The notes below the pieces were generated by a model. It saw only the letters and a program-made list of their open reading frames with translations. It was not told the origin of the DNA and did no database searches. Both the position numbers and the translations under genes were made by a program. Below, piece after piece: positions 13,030 to 25,700 of a stretch of DNA of 64,000 bases. Every line of letters begins with the position of its first letter. The stretch's first letter is position 1. Source of the stretch: Marsupella aquatica (taxonomy: Eukaryota; Plantae; Marchantiophyta); assembly GCA_973895155.1 (NCBI GenBank), contig OZ316892.1, positions 11,348,238-11,412,237 of the forward strand, in the 5' to 3' direction.

Positions 13030-13726
13030 GTAAGTTTCAATGACCCGGTTCATGACAGCCTTTGATTTTTCGTGTCCTGCAGAGCCGACTCATCGACCAG
13101 TATCAGTTTATTGCATAAAGCATGCTCCTATGAACAAACAGAATTGACAAGTTTCGTTGACGGACTTCTAGGTAATCAGGTTGCAATCAGTATTAATCAG
13201 GTTGTTTGGTTCCAGTCAGTATTAATCTGGGCCGTTTTATAGCGAGCTTGATTTGGGTGGTACTCGCAGAAATGTGTCGTGTTAGAGTTAGAACGGTCTT
13301 ATAGAAGGTGTACTTTTGCTATACTGCATTATGAATACACAAATGTATTTGTATCTCAAATGGCTTGGGCGGTGGCAGCTTAAAGAAAAGATTTTTTACT
13401 TTAATCTCATATACTGGATAGTCCTCTAGCAGCCTAATGCCACTCATAGTTTTTGATCCTCCACAGACTGTTTTTTGGTTTACTAAAATGTCAAGCGTCT
13501 ATTTTGATAAAATCTACTACAAATTGTAACCTGCAGGCTGCCCCCACTGCTGCTGTTTTCATGCTGCTTTGATGACCACAGGAAGACTTTTGATTGCTTG
13601 ATGAGATGCTGTTGGTGCATTGTCTTGGACCTGTAGCTGCCCTCACCACTGCTACTTTTATGCTGCTTTTGTGCTGCTTCGGATTGTTGGAGGAAGTGTG
13701 GAGGGTGAATTGGACATCGGTTCAAA

Positions 13727-15136
13727 ATGGAGGTGCCAGGTCCAGATGAAGAAGACAACATTTCTCAGAATTGGGAGTCGATGATAGCTTTTGTAATCAT
13801 GAATACAACAATGGCTGTGTCGCTTGCTGTTTCTCTTCTGTCCCTCATGACCAGGCAACATCAACTTGGAAGGAGCACAATCTTGCAAAGATTGTGTGCA
13901 CTGGAAACTTCTAAGTCAAGAAAGAGACGTCGAGATGATGAAGATAACTGGAAGCATGTTTGCCTATTCATTCAGGTCATTCAAAGTTTTTTCATGAGGA
14001 AAAGAGAGATCCAGTGCCGGTGGTACATTAAGCCAAGGAGTATTCAGTGGTTTTACCTTTTTATTGACTTTGTGCCTCATGACGGTCCTGAGAGATTTAA
14101 GGAGTTCTTTCGGGTCAGCCCAACGACATTCTATGCAATTTGTGACATGGTACACGATGACATGTTGACAAACCCGCCATTAGCGTTTTGTACTTTGCCA
14201 AACAGACGACTCACAGTTGAGAGGCAAGTAGCTATTGCGCTTAGGAGGCTATGCACTGGAGACCAATTCCTTGGAATCTCAGAGCTGTTTGGAGTTTCTT
14301 GTCCTACCGCAATCAAAGTAACCTGGAAGTTTATTCAGGCAGTCAATGCACGAGGGAGAAGACTTATCAAGTGGCCAACTGGGACAGAGCTAGATGAGGT
14401 AAAAAGTGAGTTTCTTGATCGATGGGGATTCCCAAATTGCTGCGGGGCCATTGATGGCACCCATTTTCCTGTAGAGTTGCCAGCATCAGAGCGCAGCCAG
14501 GATTATTTTGATTTTAAAAAGAAAACATCAGTGTCTATGCAGGCTATAGTCGATTTGCAGTTGCGCTTCTTGCACATTGTAGCTGGATGGCCTGGGAGCA
14601 TTCAGGACACACGCTTGCTCAGAGTTTCTACATTTTACAGAGACGTTGAGTATAGAAGAGTCAAGTTGCAGGGCTTGGATTATAATTGTCAAGATGGAGA
14701 GACAATTATAAGGGAATACATAGTTGGGGACGCAGGGTACCCCTTGTATCCTTGGCTCATGGTACCTTTTGCAAGGGGATTATCAGATGAGCATGACTTG
14801 TGGAACCACCGCCACTCTCAAGCTAGGATGGCAGTTGAAAGGGCGGTTGGGCAGCTAAAAGGAACCTGGCGAATACTTAGTCGAATACTGTGGAAACCAA
14901 AAAAGCAGAGAATTGGTCCCATGATCTATTGTTGTTGCATTCTACACAACTATTTGATTGAGAGAGGAGAGCATTTCAGTCCTGAGTTGCTCCGGGGTAT
15001 TACACCCCATCCAGGTGGATACGCTGGAGTCCATGTGCCTCGAAGGGAGTACATGGACGAAGGGCCAGAGGCACGGGACAATTTACTGAATGAGGTGACA
15101 ATTTTGTCAGAACAAAGAAGAACCAGAAGATTGTAG
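13727..15136 (+). CDS. PIF/Harbinger DDE transposase (HARBI1-like, DDE_Tnp_4), 469 aa, uninterrupted
   Basis: FKEFFRVSPTTF and VERQVAIALRRL helix-turn-helix region. Catalytic triad in CGAIDGTH, IVGDAGYP and RMAVERAVGQLKGTWRIL. Also GWPGS.QD and CCILHNY. Confidence 0.95.
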   Translation: MEVPGPDEEDNISQNWESMIAFVIMNTTMAVSLAVSLLSLMTRQHQLGRSTILQRLCALETSKSRKRRRDDEDNWKHVCLFIQVIQSFFMRKREIQCRWYIKPRSIQWFYLFIDFVPHDGPERFKEFFRVSPTTFYAICDMVHDDMLTNPPLAFCTLPNRRLTVERQVAIALRRLCTGDQFLGISELFGVSCPTAIKVTWKFIQAVNARGRRLIKWPTGTELDEVKSEFLDRWGFPNCCGAIDGTHFPVELPASERSQDYFDFKKKTSVSMQAIVDLQLRFLHIVAGWPGSIQDTRLLRVSTFYRDVEYRRVKLQGLDYNCQDGETIIREYIVGDAGYPLYPWLMVPFARGLSDEHDLWNHRHSQARMAVERAVGQLKGTWRILSRILWKPKKQRIGPMIYCCCILHNYLIERGEHFSPELLRGITPHPGGYAGVHVPRREYMDEGPEARDNLLNEVTILSEQRRTRRL

Positions 15137-17360
15137 AGGTGATCGAATTGCAGATGATCAAATTGTCAGCCAATTCTTTTCATTACCATGATATGCAGAG
15201 CAGATTATCCCAATGTAGTTATGACATTATACATCTGGGATTTGTTCCCTATTTAGTTAATACCTTTGATCCATTGAGTTGCAGAAGACATTACTCAGGA
15301 TTATTTGAGTGATGTACTCATGTCTTCTCTGTAAGTTGTGACTCATCGGCGATCTGTGAGAGACTTAAATTGGACATATCTATCTCATGCTTCTCAGATG
15401 AGCTTCTTTTGTCTTTGAATGATGAAATTGATGTGCTCTGGTTGGCATTGTTCTTCGATGAAGCTTCTTTCTGCACGATTGACATTGAGTATTGTAGCTT
15501 GAGCAGAAGTCCATAAACTTGTCATTGTTGTGTATTTTATAGTAGATGAACATTACTAGTCAAGTGATCCAGAATTTTACCTTGATGCAATCTGTGCGCG
15601 CCTACTGGTCTTGCCATTCATTGCTGCCTGTCTATATTGTCGGCTGCACATATAAATGCCTTCAGATTTTTCAATGTTATGATGTGTAGATTCGCTTAAG
15701 GGTGGACATTGCTCAACTTTAGTTATCCGAGCCTCTTTTCTAAAGGTAGGAATCATCATGGTGGCAAGTGAGGTTGTGAAAAAAATTAATTTGCACAAAC
15801 CCGTTCACAAAGTAAGTTCACCAAAGCCCTTTGAACACACTAGACTTGACACTTTGAAAACTTAAAGATCCATCCCTTATATATCAACTATCGGAAATGG
15901 CAGGCAGCATCTAATCATGGGACCGAAAAGGTTCACAAGAACAATTGGCCTGAATGCCAAAAATTGTACCACCATTTGGAACTTCAGAAAATCAATCAAG
16001 AACTCGACTGCCGTAGGTCTCGTTTGTGAGTCAGAATTGGCGTCATGCTTTCAGATACGGAGCAATCGCCATGTCTTTATGTTCGAACAGGTTGCAGTTT
16101 CTCGTGTGCCTTTACAACAATGGCAATGATCATAGAAGTACCAGGGCTTTGGGCTGAGCTCAGGTAGAGTGAGCGCATCTTACAGACTTGTTGTAGAAGT
16201 GCCACAAGGAGTTATTTCACTGGTCGGCATATCTATAATCCACGGCTCTGAATTTACTGGGTCCGTGTCAAATCAACCTGCTTGAAGAGAGTCTCACTAT
16301 AGAAGTGCTGCTACGTGAAATCTGACCTATTGACATTTGTTTACCTTGTTCTCTGCCAAAACAAGTTGTGTTAAAACCATTCATTGTTCACACTCGGAGA
16401 TTAACTTTGAGTATTAATAGTAGTACAACATAGGTATCTATTGACATCTGTGCATCAGGGTAAGAATTAAAACTTTCGCACTTCTACCTCTATATAGAAA
16501 AGTACTTCTATCCGCCAATTCATGTGCGTTCTTCTACCTCAGATAGATTTGGTAGAGGAAACAAGGGTAACACATTTCAGATAGACAAAATAAAAGTCGT
16601 AAACAGAATAGATCATGACAAGATTCTTCGAAGTTCAGTGATGTCAGGGCAAAGGATGTTTTAAGTCCAGCTCATTACTGCAGCTCACAATTCGCAGCGA
16701 CATAATGTCTTAGTGGGTCCGTAGAAGAACTAGAGAAATCAATCTGGTCAAGTTAAAGAAGCTCCGAAAATGAATATATGCTTTCAAATGTTGAGGGATT
16801 TGCAGATCAATACTTCCATGCGTGCTAAGTGATTCCGGCCAGAACTATACAAGGGTGCGGTCATAGAACTGAACATGCCCATTGAACGAGGCTCACAACG
16901 AAATCCCAGAACTGATTGGAAGAATCTCCAACCACCGAATGGACTTTAAAGAACGAATGTATAGGTAATTATTGACCCACGCCAAGATCGTGATTCCAGG
17001 GTGGACTGGTGACGACGCTACAGTGTGATCCGCCTAATCATCAGGCCCCTTTTCTAAGTGAAACCTCACATCAAGGGACCATTCCGTGAATTATTGCACG
17101 GATTTGAAATCACATATCACAAAGATTCTGTGGCAAAACGACAAATGGGAAAGGGTGTGGACAAATGATTCATTCCAACATGTCCCCCAATTTCTAGACC
17201 GAAATCAAGGGAAGTGCGACAAACTTTTCATAGAGCCGCCGACCAAATGGCATTAACATCAGCTGTCGGGCCGGAACTGGCTAGTATTGTGGGCAGCACT
17301 ACGAGTATTCATTCGACCCAATGTATTAGCTTGCGTTCTAGCCGTTTTCAAGATACAATT

Positions 17361-18488
17361 CTACTTCTTACGTGCTACTTCTGTGGCAAAGAGCCGAATT
17401 GAGTCAGAGATCCCTGTGATGGCATTCGACATAGCCGCAGTCATTTGTGACTGTTGACGTATCATTTCTTCATGCTTTTTCATGTCAAGATCTACAAGAT
17501 TATCATGCTTTTCCTTATCCCAGTTACGACTAGTTTCATCCTCAAGAATCTTCCTCGCTGAGTCTTTCCCAAGGAAATCTAGAAAGGAACTTGTTGTCTT
17601 CTTGAACTGCTCGTCAAGTTTATCTCGACGACTTTTCTTGACCCCAGTATATTGCATTCCTGATGGGGGCGATCTTTGGTGTAATCCTGCTGCCCCTGAT
17701 GGGGGCGTTCTCTGCTGCAGTCCTGCTGCTGAAGTTTCCATTGGATCAGCAAGAACAGGACGAGGAGAATTCACCTCCGCATTATTTTCCTCGGTGTAAT
17801 TCGTGGCATGTGAAGTATTCCCGATATCAGTTTGCCCAGCCTCCTGCATGAGCTCTTCCTCGACATCTCCACTGTCCACCACCTGGTTTGGTGATGGATT
17901 GATTGATCGATGCGTGCCCATCCAGCACTCCATGGCATCGAATAATTCGTGAGCAAAATTCACGGGAATTTTCCGGCTCTTCCTTTCATCGCTGCCCATT
18001 TCATAGTAGTCAGATTGGCCACTCCCGACATGGTTTTGATAATCATATACTTTTTTGAAGTCTGTGACCAATTTCTCCCAACGTTTCTTGGTCTGCATTG
18101 ATTGTCTTGTCACACTATCTCTTGCAAGGACTGCCAAAATTTCTCTCCACTTCTGATCTGCAGTCTTGATTCTCTCTCTTGATGTGTGATTCAAGGAAGT
18201 CTCATGCTCCATCCGCTTCGCTGCAATTAATAGAAGGAGTTCATGTAGTCTCCATTGCCTAGTGGGGGGTTGATCTGAAGCAGGGCCAGAAGGACGAGGC
18301 CCATTCGCCACAGCTCCACCAACTTCCTGAGACTGATTTGAGTGAGACTGAACACTTCCACTGGCAGATTGGGTCGCCATTATATCTGAGAAGCTTGATT
18401 CGACAGAGGAGCTCGGGGAGGAGCGTGATCGCAGAGTTAAACTCACACGAGTTTCTCTGAAAAGAAGATGAACGACATCAATTCCCAA
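17361..18488 (-). CDS. Harbinger Myb/SANT-like (trihelix-type) DNA-binding protein; likely start at MATQS (~18380)
   Basis: Spaced Trp motif WRLHELLLLIAAK...KWREI...QTKKRWEKLVTDFKKVYDY...YYEM...ERK..KIP.NF..ELFDAM, plus a C-terminal coiled coil. Lies within the same TIRs as the transposase. Confidence 0.9.
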   Translation of the reverse strand: MGIDVVHLLFRETRVSLTLRSRSSPSSSVESSFSDIMATQSASGSVQSHSNQSQEVGGAVANGPRPSGPASDQPPTRQWRLHELLLLIAAKRMEHETSLNHTSRERIKTADQKWREILAVLARDSVTRQSMQTKKRWEKLVTDFKKVYDYQNHVGSGQSDYYEMGSDERKSRKIPVNFAHELFDAMECWMGTHRSINPSPNQVVDSGDVEEELMQEAGQTDIGNTSHATNYTEENNAEVNSPRPVLADPMETSAAGLQQRTPPSGAAGLHQRSPPSGMQYTGVKKSRRDKLDEQFKKTTSSFLDFLGKDSARKILEDETSRNWDKEKHDNLVDLDMKKHEEMIRQQSQMTAAMSNAITGISDSIRLFATEVARKK

Positions 18489-19781
18489 TGGTCAGCACAA
18501 GAATCTGTTCCCAAGCAAAAGAAGGAAATGACAACGCACAACATTACCAATACAAAGTGAAGCTCACCGAGGGCTAGTGAATTCTGTAAACTTTTCCTTG
18601 CATCCAAGTTGTGCGCAGCGACGAAGATGATGTGCAAACGGGCAGGAATTCCAAGACGTATTCTCCATGTTTGAGAGATTGATCAGCAAAAACGGGCGCT
18701 AGCGCCATGTTATGTCAGCCTGCTGCTCCATCCAGAAAACCCATCGTAACCCCGAATGCCGTCATCGATGTGACCGATTGCAACCGACTGCAAAACGGCT
18801 ATTGACGGTCAGAACACCCGTTCACCGTCGGAACCAGTCATCATGAGGGCTGTCAAAGCAGAGTGGAAGGCCCGACAAGCCTTCCACCCCGAAGTTGAAC
18901 TTGGGGGCCACCCTGAAGTCGTGAACGGTTGCGATTGTTTCCAAGAAGGGCGCGGATGCCAACCATCGAGGGCTGATGGAATACGGGTCTAAGTACTCAA
19001 ATGCACTCTCAGGGCACCCGTTGCAAAAGGAACAGGGTTCTTAGGGACTCTCAAAGTTGACAATTTGATATACTCTACTCCCTAGTTATGTGGGTTATTG
19101 ACAAAAAATTTATGGACCATAATGACTCCATAATTTTTTTGCAATAACCAAAGTCAGATGAAACAAAAAACAAAAACAAACTTTTACAAAATCTTATGAA
19201 AAAGTCATGACCTATTCTTGATGACCAAAAGCCATCTTATTTACAAAATGCCAATCACAAGCTACAATTGAGGCGTAGGCTTCTATAATGAAACCTCTAG
19301 ATTGTAATACCAGGGCCCATCATGTGGATGAGAAAATGCATGCTATGATATGTGTCAAATGATCATCATACAAATTTTTTGTATTTTTTTTTACATTCAA
19401 AAAATGTGTTGTATGGCCTCACCATAACATATGTGCATAGGAAAATGGATATACATAAAAAAAATGATATATTATGTATGATTATTAAAATAATGACATA
19501 CATGATAGTTGAATATATTATATATGATTATTAAAAATAATGAAATACATGATAGTTCTTTTTTCATTTCATTAACCTTAAATGTGAATATGGAATCTAC
19601 TTTGGTAACACTTCTATTGTACTCTGGACTATTCATGTTCAACTAACTGGTATTCGGGGCTGTATCACTCATTTCCAAGCTTTGATACGCCAATTCACTT
19701 CAATGGTGTTACCAGTGGATGTTTTGATTTTGTGGCCCCCACCAGTACTGGGAAGCCAACGGAGACAGCACCTGAAAAGGC

Positions 19782-20039
19782 TGGCAATAGGGGGTCTCAA
19801 AAGGGGGATGTTAAACCATAGCTGCCGCTTTAAGAGCTATGGAAGGTTGGCAATAAGGGATCTTAAAAGGGGGATCTCAAACCATAGCTGCCCCTTTAAG
19901 AGCTACGGAAGAAGATTCGCAATAAGGAGGTCTAAAAAAGGGGATGTTAAATCATAGCTGCCCCTTTAAGAGCTACGGAAAGTTGGCGATAAGGGGTCTC
20001 AAAAGGAGGATGTTAAATCATAGCCGCCCTTTAAGAGCT
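19782..20039. repeat. Minisatellite, ~4 copies of a ~67-bp unit
   Basis: Unit GCAATAAGGGGTCTCAAAAGGGGGATGTTAAAYCATAGCTGCCCCTTTAAGAGCTACGGAAG is repeated. Confidence 0.88.
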
Positions 20040-20712
20040 CACATCTTCCCCCCAAACACACGCCATGGTTTTGTATTCAAATAGTGGGCCACGACCACTC
20101 TATTCAAATAGTGCAACCGGGGCATTGTATTCAAGTTTTGACTATTTCATTTGTTATACGTGCAAGGCGTTGTGTTTGAATATTGACATTGTCATATGAT
20201 TCTTGAATCTTGAATTTAGTATTGTGTGTGGTCAATGTAGAAAAGTTTAAGGTCAAATCCCACATACAACTTCCACCTCAAACACAACACCAATATTTGA
20301 ACACAATGCCCGGGCACTATGTCAAAATGATGTTGTTTAAAAAAAAAATTTACATTTTCTTATGGAGACCCAAAACATTCCTTTTTTGAACACAAATGCC
20401 CAGGCACTGTGTTTGGAGGAAGATGGTATGGGTTACATGTAGGATCCAAATTAATTTCATTATTAACAATAAGCTTTCCCAAAATAATGAGGCAAACTAC
20501 AGTAGCACTTTGGAATAAATAAATGGCTGAAATGTGGAAAAAAATATTCTTGGACACTTCCCCTTATGTGTGGACATTTGTGGAGAAAACCTTCACTGGC
20601 CATATAAAAGGAGAAGTGTCCAAGACTTATCTCTATTTCACATTCCTCTCCTCTCACCTAATGTGTAGCTCCACTATTTTAGGAAAAGAGTAGTATTCAT
20701 GGTGAAACCTTT

Positions 20713-21034
20713 TGGATCCAGGGTTTGTCATGGCTAGTGGTGGTTCAAGTATTTATGGTTCATCTTGTAACTCTTGTTCTAGGATTTAGTTTATTATTTT
20801 AAAACAAGAGGGAGGCAACATTTACTTGCCCCATAAGGTAGGGGTATTTGTTTGCCTCAGTCTCAAAGTGTAAATCCATTCTAAATCACCCGCCATCCTA
20901 CATGCAACAACCGTCACCACAAGGAGCCCAAAGCCCATGTGCCTTCAAATGTAGCTTTCCAGATTTTGGATTTGCACCTAAAGGTACAGGAAAAATCAAT
21001 GGACCACCATTAGCCATGACAAAACTTAGATCCA
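20713..21034. mobile_element. MITE-like element with ~34-bp inverted termini; TSD unresolved
   Basis: TGGATCCAGGGTTTGTCATGGCTAGTGGTGGTTC (20713-20746) versus reverse complement of 21001-21034, TGGATCTAAGTTTTGTCATGGCTAATGGTGGTCC. Confidence 0.55.
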
Positions 21035-22724
21035 CTTGGTTCTGCCATTAATAGTACAATTTTCCTGAAATTAACGAGCAAAGTGGCACTGTAGAAAAGA
21101 GGAATGAGTGGAATGTGGAAAAGGGAGAAGTTTTAGGCCCTCCTGGCTTATATATGGCCTGTGGAGGTTTAATGGTACATTGGTTGAGTGTTGAGCCTGC
21201 ATACTTTCCTTCCCAGAGCCACAGATTGGCTTTGGCTCCAGCAACATGTATGAGAGTTCCTATAAATTCGGAGTTACGCAATATGTTGTTTGATATCATC
21301 AAGTTTTGAGGTGCCTTAGTGGGTGGGTGTCAGATTGATGCCCCCTGGGGTTAAGACTTTCCAGCGGTAAAGACTACAAAGTGCTGGAATTTAGGTAATG
21401 GGTCTCCTCTATGGGAGAAATGAAACATGGGAGATTTGATCCACCCCTTACGTGAGATGTTCCGGGTGAAGGATGGGCTTAGTGAGGTGTATGCTTGATG
21501 GACCCCCTGGCTAGAGAATTTGCGTGATGACCCCCCACAAAAGTTTCACTACAAACTAAACCCCGTATTTGGGTTCCATACATATATATGGTTCATAACT
21601 TGTGTGGTGCATAACTGCATAGACCACCTAATGTTGTCCCAACTGTTGACAATGCACCATGGGGTTAAATCTAGGCCACCGATGCGTATACTTGAATACC
21701 TAATGAATTATGACTGTCTACATATGATTCTAGGGTTCAAATAGGGATCTGCCACTACATGACATTGGGTTTCGGTTTGTACATCATTTTAAGCCAGATT
21801 TTAAGTCCATTCTCGCAAGCTCGTGAAACTTTCTTGTGGTAGGAGGAGACCATTTGGTTAGCAGGTATTCAAAATGTTATTGTGACAGGAGGGTTTTAGG
21901 GTATCTTGGTCATTTCTTGCCTACTTCTCAGTTTAGGAAGGTTGTCAATATTTGATTGGCAGGAGCGGGGCATTGGCATTAAGCTGACAGAGGTATTCCA
22001 GCAATATAAATTTTATCAGGCAGGAGGGGGGCAGTTGGGTGTCTCAATAATTTAGCTGGTTCAATTTAAGATTTAGGATATTTTATTGTGGCTGGGAGGG
22101 GGGGGCACTTTTCTCATAGCAGCAACCATTTTGTTGAGCATAGACGACGATCGCAACGGCAAGCCCATGAACCATCCAACGCACAATAGTCGACACAAGA
22201 GATACGTGGTTCACCTCCTTGAGGCTACGTCTACGGGAACACACAAGAGAGCTTTACTGAACTCTAAGCCCGTCGGCTATACCGAGTCTCCACAGTGTAA
22301 GTTCTCCCTATCTCTCAAGTGGCTCCATAACAATGAGCCTTGGTTCTACCTCTCCAAGCACACATGCCTCTTATGATATAGTGTGCAACTTAGTTGTACC
22401 TAACCACATAGTTGTACCTAATCACGTAGTTGTACCTAACCACATAGTTGTACCTAATCACGTAGTTGTACCAACCCACATTGTTGTACCAACCACGTCA
22501 TACCTAACCTAGACGTAAGAGTAAATACCCAACAATCTTCCCCTTGACTCTGGTCTAGGGGAGAGTAATACTGCCAATGTATATGATCCCTCAGCGGGAA
22601 GTTCTGGACAAAAACCAAACCGGTTTCCCTCTCTAACTAGAGCAAACCAGAACTAAGCCGTAGCCTAATACATAGGAATGAGGAAGAGCATATATCAGTA
22701 ATTACAATGAATGTTAAGAAAACT

Positions 22725-25700
22725 CTACTTGTGATGCAATTGCAAAACCTGCAATACGTCACGGTGTCTAGAGAAACTCTCCAAAGGAATCACTTTGGTA
22801 AATGCGTCAACCGGGTTGAGTTTACCATCAATCTTGACTAGCTCAAACAAATTATCAAACACAGCCTGCCTGATAAAATGGTACCTAACGTCAATGTGCT
22901 TCACTCTGCTGTCCATCACCTGGTTCACAGCAAGGTGGAGCGCACTTTGACTATCACAATGGAGCTTCACATTCCCCTGTGGCAATCCCATTTCAGTGAT
23001 AAGTCTATCCAACCAAATCGCTTCCTTTGCTGCTTCCGTAGCTGCAACATACTCCGCTTCTGTAGTAGACTGAGCAATACACTTCTGCAAAGTAGACCTC
23101 CAACTTATGCATCCACCGCCAAGTGTGAACACGTATCCTGTTGTTGATCTCCTTCGGTCCAAATCTTGTCCATAGTCAGAATCAACATAGCCAATCAATG
23201 ATTTAGCATTCTTTGCATTCGCATCAAATAAAAGACCATGATCCACGGTACCCTTCAAGTACCTGATAATCCACTTCACTGCTTCCCAGTGTACCTTCCC
23301 TGGATTTGACATGTACCTGCTTACCTTGCCCATAGCCATGGCAAGATCAGGTCTAGTGCAAGTCATCAAATACATGAGACTCCCCACTGCCTTGTCATAC
23401 GGAACCTTTGACATCAACCCCTTCTCTGTGTCATCCGTAGGACAGAACGCTGATGATAACTTGAAGTGTGGAGCCAACAGGGTACTTACTGGCTTGCTAT
23501 TCCCCATGTTGAACCTTGCAATTACCTTCCTCGCATAACTGCTCTGCGTCAACCATAGCTTGCCAGCCTTCAAGTCCCTAGTGATCTCCATACCCAAAAT
23601 CCTCTTAGCTGGCCCTAAGTCCTTCATCTTAAACTCTGCACTAAGCAGTGCCTTGAGCTTAACAATCTCAGACCTATCCTTGGCTGCAATTAGCATATCA
23701 TCCACATAAAGTACTAAAACAATGAACCCAAATACAATATTCTTTATCGATTTCAAATACACACAAGGGTCAAATACACTTCTGTGAAAACCTTGTGACC
23801 GAATCCAATCGTCAAACCGCTTGTTCCACTGTCTTGGTGACTGCTTCAACCCATACAAGGATTTCAGCAATCTGCAAACCAATTCCTCTTGTCCTCTCTT
23901 CACAAAACCTAGCGGTTGTCTCATGAAGATCACCTCTTCCAATGTGCCATAGAGGAAAGTTGTGACAACATCCATCTGATCTAGCAGCAGACCAAACATT
24001 ACAACAAGTACACATAATAGTCGTATTGTAGAGTACTTAGCAACTGGTGAGAAGACCTCATTGTAATCCACACCTTTCTCTTGTGTGAATCCCTTTGCTA
24101 CCAACCTAGCCTTGTAGACTTTCGATCCACCTCCTATGGAATTATCCTTCAGCTTGTAAATCCACTTGCTGTCCACCACTTGCTGACCCTTAGGCAGCTT
24201 AACAAGCTCCCAAGTTTTGTTGTCCTTTAGTGACTGCATCTCCGTTTGCATTGCTGCAGTCCACTTCTGCTTCTCCTTTGAAGCACTTGCCTCATGAAAT
24301 GAAGAAGGTTCCCATTCTTCCAAAATTAACGCATCACCTTCATCATCAGCTGCAAAATTATTTTCTTGCAGTTGAGATGAATCAACCCACTGTCCATACC
24401 TTGGTGGAGCACGTACAGTGCGACCAGATGTTCTTCTAGCCGATGACTTCGGTTGATCTGCGTGTGCTGGTACAATTTGAAGCTCAACAACATCCACTTG
24501 CTGCTCACCAGCATCAACAAACTCCTCTGGTTCCTCTGGCACAGGAACCAGCTCCATAATTGGAGCAACTCCTTCTCTCCGGTCATGCACCTCATAACCA
24601 ATCTCCCCCTCAACGAGATCCGGGATAGGAGATTTTCCTTTGTCAGTACGGGAGACCTGAGTATTCTCCCCCTCCTTCAATAATCTGGATTCATTGAAGG
24701 AAACATCCCTACTGACAACGAGCTTACAAGCAATAGGATCCCATAGCCTATAGGCTTTCACACCACTCTGGTACCCAAGAAAAACACATTTCTTGGAGGT
24801 AGGATCCAACTTGGTCCTATTCTGCTTCGGTGTGAGAGCATATGCATCACTTCCAAAAACTACCAAGCCTTGATAGTCTGCTTGCCGCTTATAGCGCATC
24901 TCAAACGGCGTTTTGAAATTGATAGCACTAGAAGGAGAAAGATTTACCAAATAAGCTGCGGTATTGACAGCTTCTGCCCAAAATTCTTGTGGTAAACCTG
25001 ATTGGCTCAACATACTCCGTGACCGCTCCAACAGTGTCCGATTGAGCCTCTCAGCGACACCATTCTGCTGCGGAGTATAAACTGTGGTGAGATGGCGAGT
25101 TATCCCCTGTTCTGAACAGTACTCTTCAAATTCCATTGAAGTGTACTCCCCGCCGTTGTCTGACCTCAGACTCTTCACCCTTGTATCCAAACACTTGATC
25201 GTGTTTCCAGTCTGATTCTTCACCTGGGCCTTCCACTTCTTAAAAATGGACAAGACATCAGACTTATGCGTCATGAAATAAATCCACACAAATCTTGAGT
25301 AATCATCAATAAATGATACATAGTACAACTTTCCAGAGTGTGAGGGAGTCGGGGATGGACCCCACACGTCACTATGTATGTACTCAAGAACCGCTTTGGA
25401 ACGATGAGTTCCAACACCAAAAGCACGACGATGCTACTTTCCAAGAATGCAATGCTCACAAAACTCTAATTTACAAGATTGCAAATCAGAAATGAGTCCA
25501 TTCTTTCGTAAGATAGCCAAACCCTTCTCACTCATGTGGCCTAGCCGTGAATGCCACAGTTGAGTCATCTCCTCGTGAGACTTGGTTACATTGGCCTCTC
25601 CACATACAGTATTGCCCTGTAACACATACAAATTCTTTTGTCTACTCCCCTTCAAAATCACTGTCTCTCCCAACCTAACTTGAAGTTCACCATCAATAAC

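Larger units (their letters stand above)
11546..18989. mobile_element. Full-length PIF/Harbinger DNA transposon (7.4 kb)
   Basis: 21-bp TIRs: GAGTAGTATTCCATCAGCCCT (11546-11566) versus reverse complement of 18969-18989, GACCCGTATTCCATCAGCCCT (3 mismatches). TAA TSD at 11543-11545 and 18990-18992. Encloses convergent DDE transposase and Myb/SANT-like ORFs. Confidence 0.93.

Noticed and set aside
22086-22376. 96-aa ORF with a near-identical copy at 28185-28430
   Set aside because: It lies in the Copia #1 LTRs, so the identity just reflects LTR duplication.
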